Shown: positions 52,946 through 64,000 of the stretch, piece by piece | How positions within the stretch are numbered: the first letter of the stretch is position 1 | Layout of the letters: the number at the start of each line of letters is the position of its first letter | Assembly: GCF_006345805.1 (NCBI RefSeq) | Contig: NC_043001.1 | Location: 108,872,001-108,936,000 of the forward strand | Length of the DNA stretch: 64,000 bases | Direction of reading: 5' to 3' | From: Octopus sinensis | Lineage: Eukaryota | Notes under the pieces: model-generated | Databases searched by the model: none | The model's input: only the letters and a program-made list of their open reading frames with translations | Told to the model about the DNA's origin: nothing | Made by a program: the position numbers and the translations under genes

Positions 52946-53135
52946 CTTCTTCTTCTTCTTCTTCTTCTTCTTCTTCTTCTTCTTCTTCTTCTTCTTCTTC
53001 TTCTTCTTCTTCTTCTTCTTCTTCTTCTTCTTCTTCTTCTCTTCTTCTTCTCTTCTTCTTCTTCTTCTTCTTCTTCTTCTTCTTCTTCTTCTTCTTCTTC
53101 TTCTTCTTTATTATTATTATTATTATTATTATTGA
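52946..53135. repeat. (CTT)n followed by (TTA)n microsatellite
   Basis: Direct reading. Confidence 0.97.
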
Positions 53136-53136
53136 C

Positions 53137-53575
53137 CTCTTCAAGTTTCACTTGAAAAGGAAATTGAAAGTAGAGAGGAAAGTGCTATCTTCGAATGAGT
53201 TTATTGAAAGGTGGGTGAAAGTTGCGAAAATGGCAAGATTGGATGGTATTTCTCTAAGTGTAAACCTGTGAGTCAGAGATAAGGATTTGGAGAGGGCACT
53301 TGTTCTTAGGGTTTCAGCGAAATCTCGGATAGTGGGGTTCCTCGATTATCCCTAGAGGCGTTCCTGTGTCAGGAGGGCCACATCTCTATCATCCTTTGCG
53401 CCATTTTTAAGAATTTACCCTTGTATGCTATGCATATATCTCTTCTTTTTCAGTGTATACCCTGTATATTTACGTAATTTTTTTTATCATTTCGCTATAT
53501 GTAAACCCCCATACTTTATTTCTGTCTCTGTATTGTACCCACCCCATTCTTCGTCCTTGTGGCAAATAAATGAAA
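53137..53575 (+). mobile_element. Probable L1/Tx1-clade LINE 3' end
   Basis: Open frame FHLKRKLKVERKVLSSNEFIERWVKVAKMARLDGISLSVNL*, then a UTR and aataaa at about 53561; family assignment is from recall. Confidence 0.4.
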
Positions 53576-53596
53576 TCATTATTATTATTATCAAGG

Positions 53597-53965
53597 TGGT
53601 GCACTAACAGAATCGTTAGCGCGCCGAGCAAAATGCTGAGCGGCACTTTGTTAATTTTTACGTTCTGACTTTATATGCCACCGAGGTCGACTCTGCCTGT
53701 CATCCTTTCGGTTTCGATAAAATAAAGTACCGGGTGAGTACTGGGGTTGATGTAATTGGTCAGGCCTCTGCTCCAAAATTTCTGGCCTTGTGCCAAAAAT
53801 TGAAGCCTTTACTAATTTTACACAATAGGCACAAGGCCTAAAAGTTTGAAGCAGGGACCTGGCCGAGTTCATCAACACTAGTACTGAACTGGTCCTTATT
53901 TGATTGGGCCCGAAAAAATGAAGGGCAAAGTTGACCCCACCAGAATTTAATTCCAGAACGTAAAT
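53597..53965. mobile_element. Two SINE family A copies in tail-to-tail inverted orientation
   Basis: + copy ends ggccttgtgcc (about 53790); - copy begins ggcacaaggcc (about 53828). Confidence 0.75.
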
Positions 53966-54004
53966 GAGTTCGCAAGAATGGAGAGAAGAGCAGATGTCAC
54001 GGGA

Positions 54005-54566
54005 TTTTCAGTTGCTTTCGGACAATTCAGGAAGCACCCATTTTCCAAGTTTAGGAACCTTTACATGTTGTTGAAGATGACGATGCAAAATTGTATGGTT
54101 TGAACTAAGCTTTATTGCCAATTCTTCAACTGATAATGCAGGACTTTCTTCAAGTAATGCCTCAAGGAGCTTATTATCAAACTCAACTGGACGTCCTGTT
54201 CGATCTTCATCTTCAAGGCTGAACTCTCCAATTCTGAATTTTGCAAACCATCTTCTGAAAGTTCTTTCATTCAAGCATTCTTTCCCATAAACTGAGTGTA
54301 TGTTTCGAGTCGCTCCAAATGCAGAGTTTCTTTTTTTGTACTCATAAAGGGTTATGTACCTCAAATGCTCTTTGGATACTTCCATGTCACAAAGGGTTTT
54401 AATCAAGGAAACTTTAATTCTATTATTCTGTAAAATGATATTTAATTAGTTTAAATGTGCACAAATGAATAAAAATAATTTTTAACTCCATTAGACATTC
54501 TAAAATACTATTAAATTTCATTCAATTTATAAAAGGTAAAATCGGACAGAACTTATGGGATGACCT

Positions 54567-54570
<4 letters not shown>
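54005..54570 (-). mobile_element. Mariner 5' half (one TIR plus HTH-coding region)
   Basis: MEVSKEHLRYITLYEY..RTFRRWFAKFR..EDEDRTGRP..KLGKWV; TIR tatcaggtcatcccataagttctgtccgatttt. Confidence 0.88.
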
Positions 54571-54603
<33 letters not shown>

Positions 54604-55158
54604 ATAGATTGATAAATAGATAAATAGACAGATAAATAGATAGGTAGATAGATAAATAGATAAATAAATAAATAGATAGATAGACAGACAGATAGAGAGA
54701 TAAGTAGATAGACAGACAGATAAATAGATAGGTAGATAGATTTACTTGTACTTCCAAGCGCTGCAATGGACAATGAGACAAGCTGCTGATTAGAAAAATA
54801 TTCTATTTAGAGACATTATGTAAATTCCTAGAGTGGTTTGAAAACAGCATATTTACCAAACAAATAAAAACGTAAGAATAAAATTTTCGTTTTTTGTAGT
54901 TGTTCATTTAATTTTTGGGGCATATTCATGAAGCTCAACTTGAACTATATTCCTGTTGGCTTGAAGGCAAATATTTTCAACGAATCAACATTTTAGGACA
55001 AAGTGACTATTGTCAGTAACATTTGAAAAGAAAAAAAAAACACTTGATACAAAATATAAATTTAGTTGATTGAATTTATTTAAAATATTAATAAACCAGA
55101 GAGAATGTGGATTCGGCCGCTAGCACATGCATATATGTGTGTATGCATATATGTATGC

Positions 55159-55221
<63 letters not shown>

Positions 55222-55224
55222 TAT

Positions 55225-55345
55225 ATGGCCTGCTCGCTTAGCCACCGGGGTGGCGTCATTCGAAGGCTAAAACAATGCGAACGCATTGTGACCAGCGATG
55301 TGTACAACATCTGATGGTCTGATCGGTCACGTGATCACGTGATAT
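55225..55345 (+). mobile_element. Short structured CACGTG-ended repeat within (TA)n (second copy)
   Basis: ggcctgctcgcttagcc..aatgcgaacgcattgtgaccagcgatgtg..acatctgatggtc..gtcacgtgatcacgtga. Confidence 0.8.
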
Positions 55346-55375
55346 ATATTATATATATATATGTACACATATATG

Positions 55376-55435
<60 letters not shown>

Positions 55436-56433
55436 TATTATATAGATATATAATATAATAATAATAATAATAATAAGGGTAGAATTAATTAATTAATAAA
55501 TAATTAATAATTCCACCAGTAATGAAGTTGTTTCTGTCTTTACAGAGAAGAAATAGCTAGTTTTTTTTTGGCTGCTATTTTTAAAGTTCGGTATGTGGTG
55601 AAGCAAATTCTTTTGCCTAACCCTATTATTATTATAATATATATATTATATATATTATATATATATATATATAAACTTAGATAAACTTAGATAAACTTAG
55701 ATATATATATATATTTATATCTTTACTTATATATATGCACTGCAATTCAAATTATTAACGACGTGACTTTTTTATTTTATTTAAAATCTAATTGTTGGAA
55801 TTCAACGAAAGATTTACAGAACAATAGCAACTGTTATGTGCTTGTGGTGTGTAAAAACATGAGATTCTGTAAAAGAACAGAGAAAATATTGTTGTTTTAC
55901 CAAATTTACGTGAACTTCCACTGTTTCAAATTATTAGCGAGGTCTAATTAAAGCTAATGTAAACAAGATACAAAATATCACTTTAGTTGTTTGATATACA
56001 TACTGGTATGAACGCATACAGTCGTGAACATGTCAGTAATAGAAGTAAACAACTAAACAATCTTCAAAAATGATGGTTAATAAAGGATATATGAAATAAG
56101 TTATACCTTTAACGAAAAAGATCGTTTCTAATAAATTTGTTTTTAAATCCTGCTTCGAATTAGCATAAAAGTAGCGTTACATTTTGAATTATGTATATAT
56201 ATACAACAAAAAAAAAACATTGCTTAATTTTTACTGACCTACCTACGGAATGAACTTTTTAACGTGCACTTTGTACGTTAGCGAATTAAACATGGGTCTG
56301 TACACGTCGGATTTTACAGAGGACCGTTTAGATATTTATTGGCATAACTGAACATGTTAGTGTGTATTTGACTTATTACGCAGTTCTGAAATACTTAGAA
56401 CAACAAAAAAAAAAGCAGTATCTGTTGAAAGAA

Positions 56434-56925
56434 TACGAGGTCTGATCAAAAGATATTGCGATTGGTACTATAAAAAGAAAACTACAGCACATATCAATTT
56501 GGTATTTAGTCTCCTTAGAAGTAGTCCTCTTTTGAAGACATATACTTTATTCAGCGTCCTTTCCATTGGTGGAAGCATTTCTGGAACTTCATTTTTTTTG
56601 TTATTGAGCCACATCACACTCTCTTGACTTTCTTCGACGTCTGGAAATCTTTTTTCTTTCAAGCAGGATTAATTTCAAACCATGATTTCGGGCCCCATCG
56701 ATTCGTCACCTCTTATGATTGTTTTCAAAAGGTTTTTCCTTTTTCTTCACAAAATCAAGATCCTGCTCAGTTGAAACCTGATCTTCATGTAGAGACGACC
56801 ACACTCAACACACTTTACCTCCAAGCACTGCTATAAACAACAGAAGTGAGCGAGAATGTACTTAGTGAACACATGCGACAAAATTCAAGGTCAGTCTGTA
56901 CCAAGCGGCTTCACCCTGCGTACTT
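56434..56925 (-). mobile_element. Mariner deletion derivative
   Basis: End tacgaggtctgatcaaaag; the minus strand encodes degraded KRFPDVEES, resembling a mariner transposase C-terminus. Confidence 0.6.
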
Positions 56926-56984
56926 AGATAGATAGATAGATAGATAGATATAGATTCCCTTAATGATGAAATCGTTGGCCGTCT

Positions 56985-57370
56985 TGCATTGCCAACCAAT
57001 GCATTTAGCAAACTCCATCATCGCCTATGGAATGAAAGGGGCGTTACACTTGAAACCGAAGTACAGATTTATAAAGCTACTATTCTTACTATTCTCTTGC
57101 ATGGCTCGGAATCGTGGACAGCCTATAGATGGTACATTAACCAACTAGACGTCTTCCATAAAGGCTGTCTCAGGACAATCTGCGGTTGTTCGAGCTGTTT
57201 AACAAGTGTAAGATTGTTAAAATCGAGAGTTTCCTTATGTAGTCGCAATTGTGCTGGGCTGGTCATAAGTTCAGACAGAGTAATGACTGAATGCCTAAAG
57301 CACTCGTGTACATCCAGTTTAATAGCAGTCACAGGAACTTTGGTCATGGCTCAGATATAAGGACAAACTG
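56985..57370 (+). mobile_element. RTE LINE fragment
   Basis: AFSKLHHRLWNERGVTLETEVQIYKATILTILLHGSESWTAYR..LDVFHKGCLRTICG. Confidence 0.85.
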
Positions 57371-57615
57371 ATGAGTTACCATAGCAACAATCCTGATACT
57401 TTTTCTTCAAACCTTGTATAGAATCTTTAAAGTGAAAAGTGAAATCATTGGGGATTCTTGAAGAGAAATTCAAGAGTTCTTATTTCAAAACAGAAACTAA
57501 ATGGTTAAATCAGGGTTTTGAATAAACTAGTAAAACGTTCATAAACCAATTAAGTGGGGTGGGTGGGGGTGGGTGCTGAAGGATTACTACATTAAAAACA
57601 CCCTTCAAAATAGAG

Positions 57616-57920
57616 ATGAATATATATGATGAAGATGATGATGATGATGATGATGATGAGAACGAAGACATTGTCGAGGACATCGACAATGACGTTGGCG
57701 ATGATAATGGTGATGAAGATGATAATGGTGATGAAGAGGATGATGATGATGTTGATGATGATGATGATGATGATAACGAACACATTGTCGAGGACATCGG
57801 CAATGACGTTGGCGATGATAATTGTGATGATGACGATAGTGGCAGTGGTGGTTTTCCTTGATAATAATGATGATGGTGACAACGACGACGATGTTTGCGA
57901 CTATGATGAAGACAGCTGAG
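57616..57920. repeat. (GAT)n-rich tract with an internal duplication of about 120-bp period
   Basis: acattgtcgaggacatcg(a/g)caatgacgttggcgatgataat at about 57668 and 57782. Confidence 0.9.
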
Positions 57921-58415
57921 ATATCCGTGTTGATAATGTCGATGAAATTTGCAAAGATGACAAGATTGAAATAGCTAAATAACAGACGCTATGGCTTCGG
58001 CAGTGATCATGATAAAATGTATAAAACACATATATGATATAAGATAGCTCTTGCTCCAGACTCGGCAACGTAACTAAACTTCTACTCAAATGAGAGTGGT
58101 TCGATCCATAGAAAAGTTACCTCTGTTATTCATATCAACGTTTATTGTTGTAGACGTTGCTTTCTTATTTAATTTAGGACCCAACTTAGAAGAGAAGATT
58201 TATGAAGTGACCCATTCCAGCTGTTCTTACCCTTGTCTTTGCAGACAAAAGTATTGCAATTGGTTACTTGTCTCCATTTTTTTTTCCGATCCCTTTTGAT
58301 CGGAATATTACATTTGTTCCCTTTTACCTCCTTTTTCTTTTTCATTTTCGAAAGAAAAGCTCTATATTTGTATTTGCCCCCTCTGTGTTCAGCCCAGTGT
58401 GGCCAGTAAAGAAAG

Positions 58416-58509
<94 letters not shown>

Positions 58510-58679
58510 GTCTGTCTGTCTGTCTACAAAATTAAGCTTCTCAAAACCAGAAAGGAGAAAGCTGATTCAAAGATTACAGATCCAAACCATTAATGGAACT
58601 GTAAAAATCTGTAAAACTTTCCTGGAGTTTATCATTTATGTATATATGAGCATGTCTAGATAAGCAACGATATGCATAA

Positions 58680-59330
58680 AACGAGAAAAACTTCGACCAA
58701 GATCAAAAAGTTAACAGAAGAAATGACACATGGTTATGTGCAGACTCATACAAAATTCCCTGCAACTATCATGATTTTAGGGGTAGTCAGCAATGTAGGA
58801 CATATGATGCCTCATTACTTTTTTTCACAAGACCTTAGAGTTAACTCTGCCGCCTACATTGAGGTCCTGGAAATAATTCTTAAGCCTTGGATAGACAGCG
58901 TATGCAATGGAAGGCCATGTGTATTTCAGTAAGACTCTGCACTATCACACATGGCTTTGGTAACACAGGAATGGATGGCTAAAAATTTTCAGGATCACAT
59001 AACCCCTAACATTTGGCCTCCTAATTCCCCAGATCTCAATCCATTGGACTATTATATGTTGAGCTTTGAGAGAGAGGTCAATGAACACGCCCATAATACC
59101 AAAGATTCTTTGAAAGCTGCCATAGTCAGAGTAATGTCCAAAATGAACCAGGGCCACTTGATTCGAGCATGTAAATGATTTAGATCTCATATAGAAGCAG
59201 TTGTTCAAGCTGAAGGTTACTTCATTGAATAACATTATAGAACATTTTTTGATAAATAATGTTATTATCGGTTATATATATCTGTTTTTTTTTTTGTAAA
59301 CATAAATCTGTCTTCAAATACGCACCCTAT
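58680..59330 (+). mobile_element. DD37D (maT-type) transposon 3' half
   Basis: FQ*DSALSH..WPPNSPDLNPLDYY; 37 residues counted between the second and third Asp; a terminus-like end at about 59300-59330. Confidence 0.88.
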
Positions 59331-59332
59331 TA

Positions 59333-59375
<43 letters not shown>

Positions 59376-59421
59376 CATACACATACATACACATATACTG
59401 TATATACATACTTGCATATAG

Positions 59422-59477
<56 letters not shown>

Positions 59478-59493
59478 TATCTATCTACAGACT

Positions 59494-59770
59494 CAGGCGA
59501 GGCTGTGTGGTCATAAGTTTGCCTCTCAACCACATGATTCTGGGTTCACTCTTAGTGTGTGGAACTTAAGGTAAGTGTTTTCTACTTTGGCCTCGGGCCA
59601 ACAAAAGCCTTGTGTGTAGATTCCCCCCCCACCCAAAAGACACCGATAGAATAATTACCAGACTTTAAAACGCATTAAACACGGGTAGATTCATTCGTCT
59701 AAAAAAATTTCAAGGTGGTGCCCCAGCATGGTCACAGTTTAACGACTGAAAGAAATAAAAAATAAAAGAT
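59494..59770 (+). mobile_element. SINE family B, internally deleted
   Basis: ggctgtgtggtc..caaccacatgattctgggttca..ctcgggccaacaaaagccttg..gaccgatagaata..ggtgccccagcatggtcacag. Confidence 0.8.
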
Positions 59771-59785
59771 TCATATACACACTTA

Positions 59786-60018
59786 CAGTAATCTCTCGCC
59801 ATATCACGGTTCACCTATCGCGGTTTACTTATTGCGGTTTATTATTTAGGCTTATGTCGATTCCCCCGTGGTATTGTTTTACATTTTTAATAAAATGAAT
59901 ATATACAAATTATAAAAATAACAAAAAAATATACAGTACAGTACTGTTTCTACTTCACGGATTTTCACCTATCGCGGGGTTTTGCAACGTAACACCCGCG
60001 ATAGTCGAGGGATTACTG
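59786..60018. mobile_element. Tigger/pogo-like MITE
   Basis: TIRs cagtaatctctcgccatatcacgg / ccgcgatagtcgagggattactg; internal repeat ttcacctatcgcgg occurs twice. Confidence 0.7.
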
Positions 60019-60983
60019 TGTGTATATTCATATTAGTGCATAGAAACACACACACACACACACACGTGTGTGTGTTGTGCGAGTTTATACGTATCTATGT
60101 ATATGCCATCGAATTATGAATATTCTTCGGATAATTTCCGTTCTTTCATTTCTTGTTTAACTCTAGTGAGTAACAATGGAAAAATAAAAAAAAAAAATTA
60201 TATATATTTACAGAAAATATAAGAAAAAGAAAATGGCACTACCAAGTGATTCTGGACACACTGAGAAACAATTACCTTGTAATTAATTCTTTAGCTTTAT
60301 GATAACTCATTTAGCTCTGCCAAATAATTATCGAACATAATGTGTAAATACAGAGAGAGAGAGTGAGAGAGAGCGCTGTTTCGAAACGATTGTAATTTAA
60401 ATTTTTGTTTCTATTTGTCGTATATATTTATATTTTAAATAGCAACTAGATTGTTTACAGAATGATTCTGTTTAAAGGTCTTATTTAATTTTGTTGTCGA
60501 TTATAACTCTTTTCTCGAGGAAATATATTAGTTTGTATTTCTTCTGTAATTAAGTTTCACGCCATTACAAATGTAGTCTGTCGCTATGTCATATTTACAT
60601 CATTTACTCACATAATTTATCCGACTGAATTATGTAAAATTATTGACAAAATAATATGGTATAAATTTTTTTAATTTTCTAGAAATGAAATGCAAACTGG
60701 ACTTTTTACTTGCAATTTATCCTCGGGTAAATCCCAATTTTGGAGACCTATGAAGAGAATTATTTCTCCCTGCGACTATCTTATATTTTTGTTTATGAAA
60801 ATTATAGTGTGTTAACGTGTTTTTTTAAGATGGTAGGATGTGATTTAAGAGATGTTTGGCTGTTATTTCTAGTAGGTTCTTTCTAACGGTTATTTCGTCT
60901 GACATATCGCAATAAGAAATTCATAAAATAAATTCTACATTATTTACATTTGACGGATATTTGTCCTCATCTTGGATGTTGTT

Positions 60984-61029
60984 AACATAACGTTTCGGCT
61001 GATATACCTTGCAGCCTTCATCAGGTGTC
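60984..61029 (-). ncRNA. Minimal type I hammerhead ribozyme motif with canonical core, in a Penelope-type terminal repeat (about 60890-61050)
   Basis: gacac-CTGATGA-A-ggctg(caaggtatat)cagcc-GAAA-cg-TT-atgtt. Confidence 0.7.
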
Positions 61030-61049
61030 TTGGGGGAAATTTCGAACCT

Positions 61050-61700
61050 GGGGAGGGGACCAGTCGATTAGATCGACCTCAATACGCAACTGGTATTTAA
61101 TTTATGGACCCCGAAAGGATGAAAGGCAAAGTCGACCTCGGCGGAATTTGAACTGAGAACGTGAAAACGGATGAAATACTGCCAAGCATTTCGCCCGGCG
61201 TGCTAACGGTTCTGCCAGTTCGCCGCCTTGGAAATGTACTAAATATTCTTTTCTACTGTAGGCACAAGGCCCGAAATTTTTGGAGCAGGAGCCAGTGGAT
61301 TAGATGGACGCCTGTACGCAATTGGTACTTAATTTATCGACTTCGAAAGCATGAAAGGCAAAGTCGACCTCTACGGGAAATGCACTAAATATTGTTTGAA
61401 AAAGGGGGAAAAATTTATGATCAAATGCATACAATCCATGGTTAACGTTATTGATTTTGCTGTTATTATCTTTGATACTGTTCAATTGGCGAGCTGGCAT
61501 AATTGTTAGCACGCTGTACGAAATGCTTAGCGGTATTTCGCCTGTCGCTACGTTCTGAGTTCAAATTCCGCCGAGGTCGACTTAGCCTTTTATCCTTTCG
61601 GGATCGATTAAATTAAGTACCAGTTGTGTACTGGATCGATCTAATCGACTGGTCCCCTCCCCCAAAATTTCGGGCCTTGTGCCTAGAATAGAAAAGAATA
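61050..61700. mobile_element. SINE family A cluster: minus-strand dimer (61050-61370) plus a plus-strand full copy (61487-61700)
   Basis: Repeated aaaggcaaagtcgacctc on the minus strand; + copy ggcgagctggca..gagttcaaattccgccgaggtcgac..gggccttgtgcctagaatagaaaagaatat. Confidence 0.88.
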
Positions 61701-62419
61701 TTTAAAAACAAGTAGACGAACGCAAGTGTTTTACTACACATTATACTCATAAGTTGTGGATCATGAGAAATGGCTTAACTTTCATGAATGTAATATTTTA
61801 AGCGAAACATATTAATTAAGGAAACATATTAATTAAAAATCTTAAATTCATTAACAGTGTAAAATGTCAGATACTAATTAGAGAAATAATTCATTTAGAA
61901 CAATTATGTATATTTACATAGAATTTTAAATAAAAGCAAGTTTACTCAGAAAATCTTGAATGAATGTACTTAAAGAATGTTTGCTAAAGCTGATTGGTTA
62001 TTATTTTTTTTACATGTTTATAAAACTCAAATCGAAACAAATTCGCTAAGAATTTATGCAACAATTTCTTTAGAATCAACACATCCAGATTAAGTAAAAG
62101 ACAATACTATTCCAATGGGACAAATTTGTGCCTAGAACACAGCGTCTTTAGCTGCTCCGCAACCAATTCAAATTTCTGTTTTGTTTTGCATATTAATTAA
62201 GTTCCAATTTAGTATTGAGTTTATAAATATTATCTCTCTTTCATGTGAGGGTAAGCTGAAAACTTCATGAACTGGCTATGAAGGAGTGATGCTAGACCTA
62301 TTATATCTTGCATGTATTAATTTCAACTCTTCTAATTAATAACTGCATCGTTTCTTGCCAGGCTAACTGACATCTGACATCAAAGAGGACATTAAAAGTA
62401 ACTAGTAGCGACTTCTCTT

Positions 62420-62822
62420 TGAAATAGACAAGATTTGGAAACTTTGTGTTATCAAGTATCTGTAGAAAAATGGTTTAGCCCCGAACGACATTCATGTTGG
62501 CATGGTTGCTACATTAGGGGATGACACTCAAGCTTCATCAACAGTGTAAACGTGGGTATCTGAAATTAGGAGGGGAGGGCAGAGTCTTGAAGATGACCCA
62601 AGGTCTGAACGTCCTGTAACTGCCACCACTGAAGAAAACATTGACCGTGTTTACCACATGATGATGGAAGGCAGGCGATTGACTCTAATAGCCAATGCTA
62701 TTAGGATATCCCGTTAGAGAGCTGAGAATATTCTGTATAATGAACTTGGAATGACGGAGGCTGCTGCTCAGTGGATGTCACGTCTTCTGACGTCTGATCA
62801 AAAGCGCACCAGACTGACCATA
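62420..62822 (+). mobile_element. Mariner transposase N-terminal remnant
   Basis: VIKYL*..SLEDDPRSERPVTATTEENIDRV..RRLT..QWMSRLLTSDQKRTR (WVPRLL-like). Confidence 0.82.
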
Positions 62823-63058
62823 TGTGGAACTTCATACAATATATCTATTTATCTATATATCTATATATATAGTTTCGGGGTGGTCATTTTTTTTCTTGCC
62901 AAATAAACACACGCATTATATATTTGTTCTTCACACTTTTATTATTGTTCTTATTTTATGTTATGTCCACTGTCTAGAAATCTTTCGTCACACATTTATC
63001 ACCTCTTCAGCGAATCTTCTATCCCACGTGTTATCTCCTGTTCTGCTTCGTTCATTCT

Positions 63059-63092
<34 letters not shown>

Positions 63093-63386
63093 TATAATTT
63101 TGTGATGAAATATAAAGATGTTATCCCACTTTGATGAAATATAAAGATGTTATCTGACAATTTTCTATCCATCAGTAACTAATTTAATAGATGCAGATAA
63201 GAAAATCGGCTTAACTCGGTTTCATATTATTCCAACATTTGTCTGAAATTGGGAAAGCGTGTTAGATAGATGCAAGAAAAATTAACGTTAGTGTGTCGAA
63301 TTTCAACGCGAGAGAACGTTCGTTAAAGAAAATTACATATCAACACACATCATATTTAATTTTCACAGTGTCTGTTACCGTACCTG

Positions 63387-63440
<54 letters not shown>

Positions 63441-63891
63441 CACACACACCACACACACACAGGCCCACACACACAGAGACCCATGCACACACATGTATAT
63501 TTTAGGTCATACTATTCAACCTTTCACCTCTAGTTATCAATATTTTTTGCTATCAATGCGTTAAAACATTTGATACGTAGAACCATATCAATGAAATAGT
63601 TACGGCACAAAATAGTGATTATTTTTGGCCAAAATATAAACATATGCACACCCACACATGCACACACACACACACACAAAACACAAAAACACACACATAT
63701 TTATATGTTATATTATATATATATATTATATATATATATTATATATATATGAAAAAAAGTCAAATAGAAAGGCTAAAATAATTTATAAAAATATTTCAGT
63801 ACCGTTTCAGTCATTGAGACTTTTTCAACTGTAAGTATGGAAAAAGATTAAATTTTAGAAGAATTAAAAAAGTTTTTAAAAGAATATTTGC

Positions 63892-64000
63892 GAGTGGCTG
63901 TGTGGTAAGTAGCTTGTTTACCAACCACATGGTTCAGGGTTCAGTCCCACTGCGTGGCACCTTGGGCAAATGTCTTCTACTATAGCCTCGGGCCGACGAA
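63892..64000 (+). mobile_element. SINE family B head, cut by the window end
   Basis: gagtggctgtgtggtaagtagcttg..ggttcagtcccactgcgtggcaccttgggcaa. Confidence 0.88.

Noticed and set aside
55671-55702. Short tandem duplications (ataaacttag x3; also about 61805-61838, 63105-63155 and 40905-40940)
   Set aside because: Ordinary slippage products with no further structure.
57616-57861. Asp-rich ORF resembling acidic biomineralisation proteins (also 42336-42593)
   Set aside because: (GAT)n microsatellite with no signal peptide, splice context or unique domain.

Overview
AT-rich, microsatellite-dense eukaryotic DNA whose repeat repertoire looks like an Octopus-type cephalopod genome (inferred from repeat types, not proven). 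No intact host gene or RNA gene can be supported. The window consists almost entirely of mobile elements. These include R4/Dong non-LTR retrotransposons of three subfamilies, all ending in (TAA)n, plus two RTE LINE fragments and a probable L1/Tx1 3' end. There is also a Penelope-like (GIY-YIG) remnant with dispersed terminal repeats, three tRNA-headed SINE families, many mariner and DD37D/maT remnants and MITEs, several tandem duplications and fold-backs, and a 100-N gap. The most interesting signals are: (1) minimal hammerhead-ribozyme motifs in Penelope-type terminal repeats, including a five-copy family with A6->U in the core and a variable N7; (2) SINEs arranged as multimers with identical junctions at independent loci; (3) an R4 pile-up at 29-34 kb with an in-frame deletion of an RT catalytic motif and an inverted 5'-end copy; (4) three weak candidate exons of an unidentified minus-strand host gene. 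Most repeat boundaries are approximate (tens of bp).
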